Under the pieces are notes generated by a model. The model searched no databases. It was not told where the DNA came from and worked only from the letters and a program-made list of their open reading frames with translations. The position numbers were made by a program, and so were the translations under genes. This document shows positions 24,722 through 36,700 of a stretch of DNA of 64,000 bases, in pieces. The first letter of the stretch is position 1. The number at the start of each line of letters is the position of its first letter. Source of the DNA: Nemertoderma westbladi (Eukaryota; Animalia; Xenacoelomorpha); contig JAUCBJ010003086.1 in the NCBI GenBank assembly GCA_032718475.1, forward strand, positions 23,443 through 87,442. Direction: 5' to 3'.

Positions 24722-24793
24722 GATACCGTTAGGCCTACCGATACCGTTAGGCCTACCGATACCGTTAGGCCTACCGATACCGTTAGGCCTACC
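24722..24793. repeat. 18-bp tandem repeat x4
   Basis: GATACCGTTAGGCCTACC four times. Confidence 0.9.
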
Positions 24794-25084
24794 TATCGTC
24801 AGTCCTGAATATTAAACTTAAGGCACCATGGCTGAAATTAGGGGGTAAACGCTAAGTCATTAGGCCCGCGATAAATTATGGCGCTAGAGTTACTCAGGTA
24901 TCAGGTATAGTTAAATATATGAGAACGAACCCTGATCACCCCTGTAGTCTGTCACTGCAGCACTGGTAACTTTGATAAACATATGCCTATGACTTTTAGG
25001 CCTACGTACTGAATTTTAACATTGGCTGAACCTGAAATAATATTTGGTAACCACCATTTTTATTCTCCTCATTCTAGCATTCAG

Positions 25085-25345
25085 CTATTCGAACTCTTGT
25101 AGTCTCCTGCTCTTACAGGACGGGCAGTTTAGAATGTCGGTTAGGTAGACAAATCTGGGATGTTGGTTACACTGTATCCGGACTCTACCAGTGGTAGTGT
25201 AACCACATGATCTGCACAGAATCTTGGTCATTGGTCGTTGGCATGTGCAACTTGTGTCTACCTGGTCTAAATTACCGGTCACAGTCGGCTCTGGGGCCTT
25301 GTTGTTATTTATAGTGGGGTGAACAGGAAACTGGTAGTTGTCCAT
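25085..25345 (-). CDS. Small Cys/His-rich protein, Drosophila CG13380-like, nested antisense in a CFAP70 intron (86 aa)
   Basis: Pattern CxC.R......CxxCG....GR....CxxHP......D...CPxC; good ATG context; GC content above flanks. Family name is from recall. Confidence 0.75.
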   Translation of the reverse strand: MDNYQFPVHPTINNNKAPEPTVTGNLDQVDTSCTCQRPMTKILCRSCGYTTTGRVRIQCNQHPRFVYLTDILNCPSCKSRRLQEFE

Positions 25346-25742
25346 TGTATTATACTATCAAGACTCTGCGACAGCAAGACAATAGGCCTACCCTACAGCC
25401 TGACAGTGACAGCACTGTTCTGATAATCAGGAAAACAAGAATAGCCTAGGCCTACTGAGCTTGTAGTGAGTCTGTGAGTACTGCCTGACAGACTAATAAT
25501 GTACAGTACTACGTACCGGTACTGGCAGACTGGCAGACGGTGATATATTTGTACTGTATATGGGCACTACAGTATAATTTTAACATAAACTAATACTGAC
25601 AGTCCCTAAAAGGTGCCACCCTGCTCCATAGCGCGGGAAATTCAAGTGATTGAAAGACATGTTATTTGTACTGGAAAGGGTGGCAGATCAGATCTGCCAC
25701 CTATATTTTGGCCTAATATTATTGGCCACCTAATAATATTAT

Positions 25743-26651
25743 TAAATTCAAATCTGTTTTAACATTGAATACATGAATAGAGTAAGACTAATGTAATTCA
25801 TTGAATCAGAATAAATTATTTCTTATCGGTTTAACTCACTCATCCGTTAATGTTGTTGATTTATCTATTCTGGGACTTCGAGCAGCTCGTGAACAACTAA
25901 ACCAGCACGTTAACTAGTCTGGGGCTTTGTGCAGCACGTGAACAACTAAGCTGACTGGTTACCTAGTCTGGGACTTCGAGCAGCACGTGAACAACTAAAC
26001 CTGCACGTTAACTAGTCTGGGGCTTTGTGCAGCACGTGAACAACTAAGCTGACTGGTTACCTAGTCTGGGACTTCGAGCAGCACGTGAACAACTATGCTG
26101 ACTGGTTAACTAGTCTGGTACATGTCTGGGACAGATATAGCAGTATAGGCATATGCATTATACACCTATTGTTATTACAGTATAGGCCTACCTACGATAT
26201 ATATCAGAATATCAGAAGTCCCAGACTCGTTAACCAGTCAGCTTAGTTGTTCAAGTGCTGCTCGAAGTCCCAGACTAGTTAACCAATCAGCTTAGTTGTT
26301 CACGTGCTGCTCAAAGTCCCAGACTAGTTAACCAGTCAGCTTAGTTGTTCAAGTGCTGCTCGAAGTCCCAGACTTGTTAACCAGTCAGCTTTGTTCAGTC
26401 GTTGTTCACGTGCTACTGGAAGTCCCAGACTAGTTAACCAGACAGCTTAGTTGTTCACGTCTGCTCTATGCCCCAGTCTAGCTAACGTCAGATTTAGATG
26501 TTCACGTGCTGCTCGAAGTCCCAGAATAGATAAAACAACAACATTAACGGATGAGTGAGTTAAACCGATAAGAAATAATTTATTCTGAATCAATGAATTA
26601 CATTAGTATTACACTATTCATGTATTCAATGTTAAAACAGATTTGAATTTA
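25743..26651. mobile_element. Foldback-like element: ~400-bp inverted arms with internal 49-bp tandem subrepeats
   Basis: 25743-~26118 is the reverse complement of ~26215-26651; subunit TGGGACTTCGAGCAGCACGTGAACAACTAAGCTGACTGGTTAACTAGTC; spacer about 95 bp. Confidence 0.85.
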
Positions 26652-26880
26652 CAAATATATATATTAAAATATATAGATATATAGATAGATAGCAAATATA
26701 TAAACCAAAATATATAATTAATTTGTCCCGGTATAACGGATTGAAAACAACCGTGAGGGTAAGATCCGGTTTGTAAATATAACAACAATAATATGCTATA
26801 AAGCAAAATAAAAACCAATATCTTACAAAAAGAAAATATTTCTTTTACAAATTTTCAACTCGACATGAGTCTTATTCATG

Positions 26881-27006
26881 TATTTATTTCCATAAATATG
26901 ATTACTGTACATTCTAATGCATAATAGTTATGCGTAATAATTCAATGTAACATTAGAATGTACAGTAATGTATTTAATGTGTATTTAATATTTATGGAAA
27001 TAAATA
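26881..27006. repeat. AT-rich imperfect palindrome
   Basis: tatttatttccataaata..attactgtacattctaatg versus cattagaatgtacagtaat...tatttatggaaataaata. Confidence 0.7.
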
Positions 27007-27500
27007 GTGAACGAGCGAGTGAACCCCCCCCCCCCCCCCCCCCCCCCCATGACCTACTGTAACAGTTGGCCCTGTTACTGTAGGTCATGCTCCTCCCCAC
27101 ACCGCCTTTAGTACGACTGTAGTAAACTTGAATTAAGTTTCAGTGCCAGAAAAATTGGAATTAAGCGTTGTATTGCACATTTTGTATAATAAGACAAACA
27201 AAGTCAGACTTCGAGACGAAACATTGAGAAAAAAACATTGAGAAAAAACATTAAGAATAAATTAATTGTAATTAATAATAATTGTAATCTTTATATTTTA
27301 GAGTAGACAATAAAAACAAATATATTGAGAAAAATGAATGAATGTAAATAAGTATGTAATAGTAATGGACAATGGTAAATAAACGAAAGTGAAAGTAAAC
27401 TAGGAAAAAGTAAACATATATTCTATTGTAATAAATTAATATGGCAAATAATAATATGTTGTCCTACTTCTATTCTATATAAATTTATTATTTTTAATAG

Positions 27501-27662
27501 AATACCGAGGCGTGGTCTATAATAGGGCATATAAAATATATCCAAGGCGATGTAGCAGAAGCTATGGACAGTTACGACCGTGTGGTCTCTCTGTCGTCAT
27601 CTGGTCTCGGAATTCAAACGGTCTATATTCGTCTGGCTAATCTATATTTACAATCTAGAAAG
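27501..27662 (+). CDS. CFAP70: CFAP70-like exon (NTEAWSIIGHIKY...YIRLANLYLQSRK)
   Basis: tttttaatag acceptor, GTAAGT donor, 162 bp open frame, TPR pattern; translated by hand (absent from ORF track). Confidence 0.88.
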
Positions 27663-27740
27663 GTAAGTATACTGTAGATACGCATTGATTTATTTATATT
27701 TTAATCACACTCATTGACTCATTGCTATTGTATTGTATAA

Positions 27741-30700
27741 ATAACTGTTTTAGTTCCCATCTCCCGTCTATAACTGTTTTAGTTCCCAGCTCCCGTCTCT
27801 ATAACTGTTTTAGTTCCCAGCTCCCGTCTCTCTAACTGTTTTAGTTCCCAGCTCCCGTCTCTATAACTGTTTTAGTTCCCAGCTCCCGTCTATAACTGTT
27901 TTAGTTCCCAGCTCCCGTCTCTATAACTGTTTTAGTTCCCAGCTCCCGTCTCTATAACTGTTTTAGTTCCCAGCTCCCGTCTCTATAACTGTTTTAGTTC
28001 CCAGCTCCCTTCTCTGTAACTGTTTTAGTTCCCAGTAACTTCTTTGTAACTATTTTAGTTTCCATCTCCCTTTTCTGTAACTGTTTTAGTTCCCAGCTCC
28101 CTTCTCTGTAACTGTTTCAGTTCTCATCTCCTGTCTCTGTAACTGTTTTAGTTCCCAGCTCCCTTCTCTGTAACTATTTTAGTTTCCATCTCCCTTCTCT
28201 GTAACTGTTTTAGTTCCCAGCTCCCGTCTCTGTAACTGTTTAGTTCCCAGCTCCCGTCTCTGTAACTGTTTTAGTTCTCATCTCCTGTCTCTGTAACTGT
28301 TTTAGTTCCCATCTCCCGTCTATAACTGTTTTAGTTCCCAGCTCCCTTCTCTGTAACTATTTTAGTTTCCATCTCCCTTCTCTGTAACTATTTTAGTTTC
28401 CATCTCCCTTCTCTGTAACTGTTTTAGTTCCCAGCTCCCGTCTCTGTAACTGTTTAGTTCCCAGCTCCCGTCTCTGTAACTGTTTTAGTTCCCATCTCCC
28501 TTTTCTGTAACTGTTTTAGTTCCCATCTCCCGTCTATAACTGTTTTAGTTCCCATCTCCCATCTCTATAACTGTTTTAGTTCCCATCTCCATTTTCTGTA
28601 ACTGTTTTAGTTCCCAGCTCCCTTCTCTGTAACTGTTTTAGTTCCCACCTCCTGTCTCTGTAACTGTTTTAGTTCCCAGTAACTTCTTTGTAACTGTTTT
28701 AGTTCCCAGCTCCCTTCTCTGTAACTGTTTTAGTTCCATTCTCCCATCTATGTTACTGTTTTATTTCCCAGCTCCCGTCTCTGTAACTGTTTTAGTTCTC
28801 AAATCCCTTATCTGTAACTGTTTTAGTTCCCACCTCACGTCTCTGTAACTGTTTTGGTCCCAGCTCCCTTCTCTGTAACTGTTTTAGTTCCCAGCTCCCT
28901 CCACTATAACTGTTTTAGTTCCCAGCTCCCTTCTCTGTAACTGTTTTAGTTCCCAGCTCCCTTCTCTGTAACTGTTTTAGTTCCCAGCTCCCGTCTCTAT
29001 AACTGTTTTAGTTCCCAGCTCCCTCCACTATAACTGTTTTAGTTCCCAGCTCCCTCCACTATAACTGTTTTAGTTCCCAGCTCCCTTCTCTGTAACTGTT
29101 TTAGTTCCCAGCTCCCTTCTCTGTAACTGTTTTAGTTCCCAGCTCCCGTCTCTATAACTGTTTTAGTTCCCAGCTCCCTCCACTATAACTGTTTTAGTTC
29201 CCAGCTCCCTTCTCTGTAACTGTTTTAGTTCCCAGCTCCCTTCTCTGTAACTGTTTTAGTTCCCACCTCACGTCTCTGTAACTGTTTTGGTCCCAGCTCC
29301 CTTCTCTGTAACTGTTTTAGTTCCCAGATCCCGTCTCTCTAACTGTTTTAGTTCCCTTTTCCCGTTTCTCTAACTGTTTTGTCCCCAGCTTCCGTCTCTG
29401 TAACTGTTTTAGTTCCCAAATCCCTTATCTGTAACTGTTTTAGTTCCCAGCTCCTGTCTCTGTAACTATTTTAGTTCCCACCTCCCGTCTCTGTAACTGT
29501 TTTAGTTCCCAGCTCCCTCCACTATAACTGTTTTAGTTCCCAGCTCCCTTCTCTGTAACTGTTTTAGTTCCCAGCTCCCTTCTCTGTAACTGTTTTAGTT
29601 CCCAGCTCCCTTCTCTGTAACTGTTTTAGTTCCCAGCTCCCTCCACTATAACTGTTTTAGTTCCCAGCTCCCTTCTCTGTAACTGTTTTAGTTCCCAGCT
29701 CCCTTATCTGTAACTGTTTTAGTTCCCAGCTCCTGTCTCTGTAACTATTTTAGTTCCCACCTCCCGTCTCTGTAACTGTTTTAGTTCCCAGCTCCCTCCA
29801 CTATAACTGTTTTAGTTCCCAGCTCCCTTCTCTGTAACTGTTTTAGTTCCCAGCTCCCTCCACTATAACTGTTTTAGTTCCCAGCTCCCTTCTCTGTAAC
29901 TGTTTTAGTTCCCAGCTCCCTTATCTGTAACTGTTTTAGTTCCCAGCTCCTGTCTCTGTAACTATTTTAGTTCCCACCTCCCGTCTCTGTAACTGTTTTA
30001 GTTCCCAGCTCCCTCCACTATAACTGTTTTAGTTCCCAGCTCCCCTCTCTGTAACTGTTTTAGTTCCCAGCTCCCTCCACTATAACTGTTTTAGTTCCCA
30101 GCTCCCTTCTCTGTAACTGTTTTAGTTCCCAGCTCCCTTATCTGTAACTGTTTTAGTTCCCAGCTCCTGTCTCTGTAACTATTTTAGTTCCCACCTCCCG
30201 TCTCTGTAACTGTTTTAGTTCCCAGCTCCCTCCACTATAACTGTTTTAGTTCCCACCTCCCTTCTCTGTAACTGTTTTAGTTCCCAGCTCCCTCCACTAT
30301 AACTGTTTTAGTTCCCAGCTCCCTTCTCTGTAACTGTTTTAGTTCCCAGCTCCCTTCTCTGTAACTGTTTTAGTTCCCAGCTCCCGTCTCTATAACTGTT
30401 TTAGTTCCCAGCTCCCTCCACTATAACTGTTTTAGTTTCCAGCTCCCGTCTCTATAACTGTTTTAGTTCCCAGCTCCCTCCACTATAACTGTTTTAGTTC
30501 CCAGCTCCCTTCTCTGTAACTGTTTTAGTTCCCAGCTCCCTTCTCTGTAACTGTTTTGTTCCCACCACCCGTCTCTGTAATCGTATTAGTTCCCAGCTCC
30601 CGTCTTTGTAACTGTTTTAGTTCCCAGCTCCCTCCACTATAACTGTTTTAGTTCCCAGCTCCCGTCTCTATAACTGTTTTAGTTCCCAGCTCCCGTCTCT

Positions 30701-33700
30701 GTAACTGTTTTAGTTCCCAGCTCCCGTCTCTCTAACTGTTTTAGTTCCCAGCTCCCTCCACTATAACTGTTTTAGTTCCCAGCTCCCGTCTCTATAACTG
30801 TTTTAGTTCCCAGCTCCCGTCTCTGTAACTGTTTTAGTTCCCAGCTCCCGTCTCTCTAACTGTTTTAGTTCCCAGCTCCCTCCACTATAACTGTTTTAGT
30901 TCCCAGCTCCCTTCTCTGTAACTGTTTTAGTTCCCAGCTCCCTTCTCTGTAACTGTTTTAGTTCCCACCTCACGTCTCTGTAACTGTTTTGGTCCCAGCT
31001 CCCTTCTCTGTAACTGTTTTAGTTCCCAGATCCCGTCTCTCTAACTGTTTTAGTTCCCTTTTCCCGTTTCTCTAACTGTTTTGTCCCCAGCTTCCGTCTC
31101 TGTAACTGTTTTAGTTCCCAAATCCCTTATCTGTAACTATTTTAGTTCCCAGCTCCTGTCTCTGTAACTGTTTTGTTCCCACCACCCGTCTCTGTAATCG
31201 TATTAGTTCCCAGCTCCCGTCTTTGTAACTGTTTTAGTTCCCAGCTCCCTCCACTATAACTGTTTTAGTTCCCAGCTCCCTTCTCTGTAACTGTTTTAGT
31301 TCCCAGCTCCCGTCTTTGTAACTGTTTTAGTTCCCAGCTCCCTCCACTATAACTGTTTTAGTTCCCAGCTCCCTCCACTATAACTGTTTTAGTTCCCAGC
31401 TCCCTTCTCTGTAACTGTTTTAGTTCCCAGCTCCCTTCTCTGTAACTGTTTTAGTTCCCAGCTCCCGTCTCTATCACTGTTTTAGTTCCCAGCTCCCGTC
31501 TCTATAACTGTTTTAGTTCCCAGCTCCCGTCTCTATAACTGTTTTAGTTCCCAGCTCCCTCCACTATAACTGTTTTAGTTCCCAGCTCCCTTCTCTGTAA
31601 CTGTTTTGTTCCCACCACCCGTCTCTGTAATCGTATTAGTTCCCAGCTCCCGTCTTTGTAACTGTTTTAGTTCCCAGCTCCCTCCACTATAACTGTTTTA
31701 GTTCCCAGCTCCCTTCTCTGTAACTGTTTTAGTTCCCAGCTCCCTTCTCTGTAACTGTTTTAGTTCCCACCTCACGTCTCTGTAACTGTTTTGGTCCCAG
31801 CTCCCTTCTCTGTAACTGTTTTAGTTCCCAGATCCCGTCTCTCTAACTGTTTTAGTTCCCTTTTCCCGTTTCTCTAACTGTTTTGTCCCCAGCTTCCGTC
31901 TCTGTAACTGTTTTAGTTCCCAAATCCCTTATCTGTAACTATTTTAGTTCCCACCTCTCGTCTCTATAACTGTTTTAGTTCCCAGCTCCCGTCTTTGTAA
32001 CTATTTTAGTTCCCAGCTCCCTTCTCTGTAACTGTTTTAGTTCCCTTCTCACGTCTTTGTTACTGTTTTAGTTCCCACCTCCCGTCTCTGCAACTGTTTC
32101 AGTTCCCATCTCCTGTCTCTGTAAATATTTTAGTTCCCAGCTCCCGTCTCTGTAACTATTTTAGTTCCCAGCTCCCGCCTCTGTAACTGTTTTAGTTCCC
32201 AGCTCCCGTCTCTCTAACTGTTTTGTCACCTGCTTCCGTCTCTGTAACTGTTTTAGTTCCCAAATCCCTTATCTGTAACTGTTTTAGTTCCCAGCTCCCG
32301 TCTATAACTGTTTTAGTTCCCAGCTCCCGTCTCTATAACTGTTTTAGTTTCCAGCTCCCTTCACTATAACTGTTTTAGTTCCCAGCTCCCGTCTCTCTAA
32401 CTGTTTTAGTTCCCAGCTCCCGTCTCTCTAACTGTTTTAGTTCCCAGCTCCCGTCTCTCTAACTGTTTTAGTTCCCAGCTCCCGTCTCTATAACTGTTTT
32501 AGTTCCCAGCTCCCTTCTCTGTAACTGTTTCAGTTCCCATCTCCTGTCTCTGTAAATATTTTAGTTCCCAGCTCCCGTCTCTATAACTGTTTTAGTTCCC
32601 AGCTCCCGTCTCTATAACTGTTTTAGTTCCCAGCTCCCGTCTCTGTAAATATTTTAGTTTCCAGCTCCCTTCACTATAACTGTTTTAGTTCCCAGCTCCC
32701 GTCTCTCTAACTGTTTTAGTTTCCAGCTCCCTTCACTATAACTGTTTTAGTTCCCAGCTCCCGTCTCTCTAACTGTTTTAGTTCCCAGCTCCCGTCTCTC
32801 TAACTGTTTTAGTTCCCAGCTCCCGTCTCTATAACTGTTTTAGTTCCCAGCTCCCGTCTCTGTAAATATTTTAGTTTCCAGCTCCCTTCACTATAACTGT
32901 TTTAGTTCCCAGCTCCCGTCTCTCTAACTGTTTTAGTTCCCAGCTCCCGTCTCTATAACTGTTTTAGTTCCCAGCTCCCGTCTCTCTAACTGTTTTAGTT
33001 CCCAGCTCCCGTCTCTGTAACTGTTTCAGTTCTCATCTCCTGTCTCTGTAACTGTTTTAGTTCCCAGTAACTTCTCTGTAACTGTTTTAGTTCCCAGCTC
33101 CCTTCTCTGTAACTATTTTAGTTTCCATCTCCCGTCTCTGTAACTGTTTTAGTTCCCAGCTCCCTTCTCTGTAACTGTTTTAGTTCCCACCTCCTGTCTC
33201 TGTAACTGTTTTAGTTCCCAGTAACTTCTTTGTAACTGTTTTAGTTCCCAGCTCCCTTCTCTGTAACTGTTTTAGTTCCATTCTCCCGTCTATGTAACTG
33301 TTTTAGTTCCCAGCTCCCTTCTCTGTAACTATTTTAGTTTCTATCTCCCTTCTCTGTAACTGTTTTAGTTCCCAGCTCCCGTCTCTGTAACTGTTTAGTT
33401 CCCAGCTCCTGTCTCTGTAACTGTTTTAGTTCCCATCTCCCTTTTCTGTAACTGTTTTAGTTCCCAGCTCCCTTCTCTGTAACTGTTTTAGTTCCCACCT
33501 CCTGTCTCTGTAACTGTTTTAGTTCCCAGCTCCCGTCTCTATAACTGTTTTAGTTCCCAGCTCCCTCCACTATAACTGTTTTAGTTCCCAGCTCCCTTCT
33601 CTGTAACTGTTTTAGTTCCCAGCTCCCTTCTCTGTAACTGTTTTAGTTCCCACCTCACGTCTCTGTAACTGTTTTGGTCCCAGCTCCCTTCTCTGTAACT

Positions 33701-36700
33701 GTTTTAGTTCCCAGCTCCCGTCTTTGTAACTGTTTTAGTTCCCAGCTCCCTTCTCTGTAACTGTTTTAGTTCCCTTCTCACGTCTTTGTTACTGTTTTAG
33801 TTCCCACCTCCCGTCTCTGCAACTGTTTCAGTTCCCATCTCCTGTCTCTGTAAATATTTTAGTTCCCAGCTCCCGTCTCTGTAACTATTTTAGTTCCCAG
33901 CTCCCGCCTCTGTAACTGTTTTAGTTCCCAGCTCCCGTCTCTCTAACTGTTTTGTCACCAGCTTCCGTCTCTGTAACTGTTTTAGTTCCCAAATCCCTTA
34001 TCTGTAACTGTTTTAGTTCCCAGCTCCCGTCTATAACTGTTTTAGTTCCCAGCTCCCGTCTCTATAACTGTTTTAGTTTCCAGCTCCCTTCACTATAACT
34101 GTTTTAGTTCCCAGCTCCCGTCTCTCTAACTGTTTTAGTTCCCAGCTCCCGTCTCTCTAACTGTTTTAGTTCCCAGCTCCCGTCTCTCTAACTGTTTTAG
34201 TTCCCAGCTCCCGTCTCTATAACTGTTTTAGTTCCCAGCTCCCTTCTCTGTAACTGTTTCAGTTCCCATCTCCTGTCTCTGTAAATATTTTAGTTCCCAG
34301 CTCCCGTCTCTATAACTGTTTTAGTTCCCAGCTCCCGTCTCTATAACTGTTTTAGTTCCCAGCTCCCGTCTCTGTAAATATTTTAGTTTCCAGCTCCCTT
34401 CACTATAACTGTTTTAGTTCCCAGCTCCCGTCTCTCTAACTGTTTTAGTTTCCAGCTCCCTTCACTATAACTGTTTTAGTTCCCAGCTCCCGTCTCTCTA
34501 ACTGTTTTAGTTCCCAGCTCCCGTCTCTCTAACTGTTTTAGTTCCCAGCTCCCGTCTCTATAACTGTTTTAGTTCCCAGCTCCCGTCTCTGTAAATATTT
34601 TAGTTTCCAGCTCCCTTCACTATAACTGTTTTAGTTCCCAGCTCCCGTCTCTCTAACTGTTTTAGTTCCCAGCTCCCTTCTCTGTAACTGTTTTAGTTCC
34701 CACCTCCTGTCTCTGTAACTGTTTTAGTTCCCAGTAACTTCTTTGTAACTGTTTTAGTTCCCAGCTCCCTTCTCTGTAACTGTTTTAGTTCCATTCTCCC
34801 GTCTATGTAACTGTTTTAGTTCCCAGCTCCCTTCTCTGTAACTATTTTAGTTTCTATCTCCCTTCTCTGTAACTGTTTTAGTTTCCATCTCCCGTCTCTA
34901 TAACTGTTTTAGTTCCCAGCTCCCGTCTCTGTAACTGTTTTAGTTCCCAGTAACTTCTTTGTAACTGTTTTAGTTCCCAGCTCCCTTCTCTGTAACTGTT
35001 TTAGTTCCCAGCTCCCTTCTCTGTAACTGTTTTAGTTCCCAGCTCCCGTCTCTATAACTGTTTTAGTTCCCAGCTCCCTTCTCTGTAACTGTTTTAGTTC
35101 CCACCTCACGTCTCTGTAACTGTTTTGGTCCCAGCTCCCTTCTCTGTAACTGTTTTAGTTCCCAGATCCCGTCTCTCTAACTGTTTTAGTTCCCTTTTCC
35201 CGTTTCTCTAACTGTTTTGTCCCCAGCTTCCGTCTCTGTAACTGTTTTAGTTCCCAAATCCCTTATCTGTAACTGTTTTAGTTCCCAGCTCCTGTCTCTA
35301 TAACTGTTTTAGTTTCCAGCTCCCGTCTTTATAACTGTTTTAGTTCCCAGCTCCCGTCTCTCTAACTGTTTTAGTTCCCAGCTCCCGTCTCTGTAACTGT
35401 TTTGTTCCCACCACCCGTCTCTGTAATCGTATTAATTCCCACCTCCCGCCTCTGTAACTGTTTTAGTTCCCAGTTCCCGTCTCTATCACTGTTTTAGTTC
35501 CCAGCTCCCGTCTCTATAACTGTTTTAGTTCCCAGCTCCCGTCTCTATAACTGTTTTAGTTCCCAGCTCCCTTCTCTGTAACTGTTTTAGTTCCCAGCTC
35601 CCTCCACTATAACTGTTTTAGTTCCCAGCTCCCTTCTCTGTAACTGTTTTAGTTCCCAGCTCCCTTCTCTGTAACTGTTTTAGTTCCCAGCTCCCTTCTC
35701 TGTAACTGTTTTAGTTCCCAGCTCCCTTCTCTGTAACTGTTTTAGTTCCCAGCTCCCGTCTCTATAACTGTTTTAGTTCCCAGCTCCCTTCTCTGTAACT
35801 GTTTTAGTTCCCACCTCACGTCTCTGTAACTGTTTTGGTCCCAGCTCCCTTCTCTGTAACTGTTTTAGTTCCCAGATCCCGTCTCTCTAACTGTTTTAGT
35901 TCCCTTTTCCCGTTTCTCTAACTGTTTTGTCCCCAGCTTCCGTCTCTGTAACTGTTTTAGTTCCCAAATCCCTTATCTGTAACTGTTTTAGTTTCCAGCT
36001 CCTGTCTCTGCAACTATTTTAGTTCCCAGCTCCCTTCTCTGTAGCTGTTTTAGTTCCCACCTCCCGCCTCTGTAACTGTTTTAGTTCCCAGTAACTTCTT
36101 TGTAACTGTTTTAGTTCCCAGCTCCCTTCTTTGTAACTGTTTTAGTTCCCTTCTCACGTCTTTGTTACTGTTTTAGTTCCCACCTCCCGTCTCTGCAACT
36201 GTTTCAGTCCCCATCTCCTGTCTCTGTAAATATTTTAGTTCCCAGCTCCCGTCTCTGTAACTATTTTAGTTCCCAGCTCCCGCCTCTGTAACTGTTTTAG
36301 TTCCCAGCTCCCGTCTCTCTAACTGTTTTGTCACCAGCTTCCGTCTCTGTAACTGTTTTTGTTCCCAAATCCCTTATCTGTAACTGTTTTAGTTCCCAGC
36401 TCCCGTCTATAACTGTTTTAGTTCCCAGCTCCCGCCTCTATAACTGTTTTAGTTTCCAGCTCCCTTCACTATAACTGTTTTAGTTCCCAGCTCCCGTCTC
36501 TCTAACTGTTTTAGTTCCCAGCTCCCGTCTCTCTAACTGTTTTAGTTCCCAGCTCCCGTCTCTCTAACTGTTTTAGTTCCCAGCTCCCGTCTCTATAACT
36601 GTTTTAGTTCCCAGCTCCCTTCTCTGTAACTGTTTCAGTTCCCATCTCCTGTCTCTGTAAATATTTTAGTTCCCAGCTCCCGTCTCTATAACTGTTTTAG

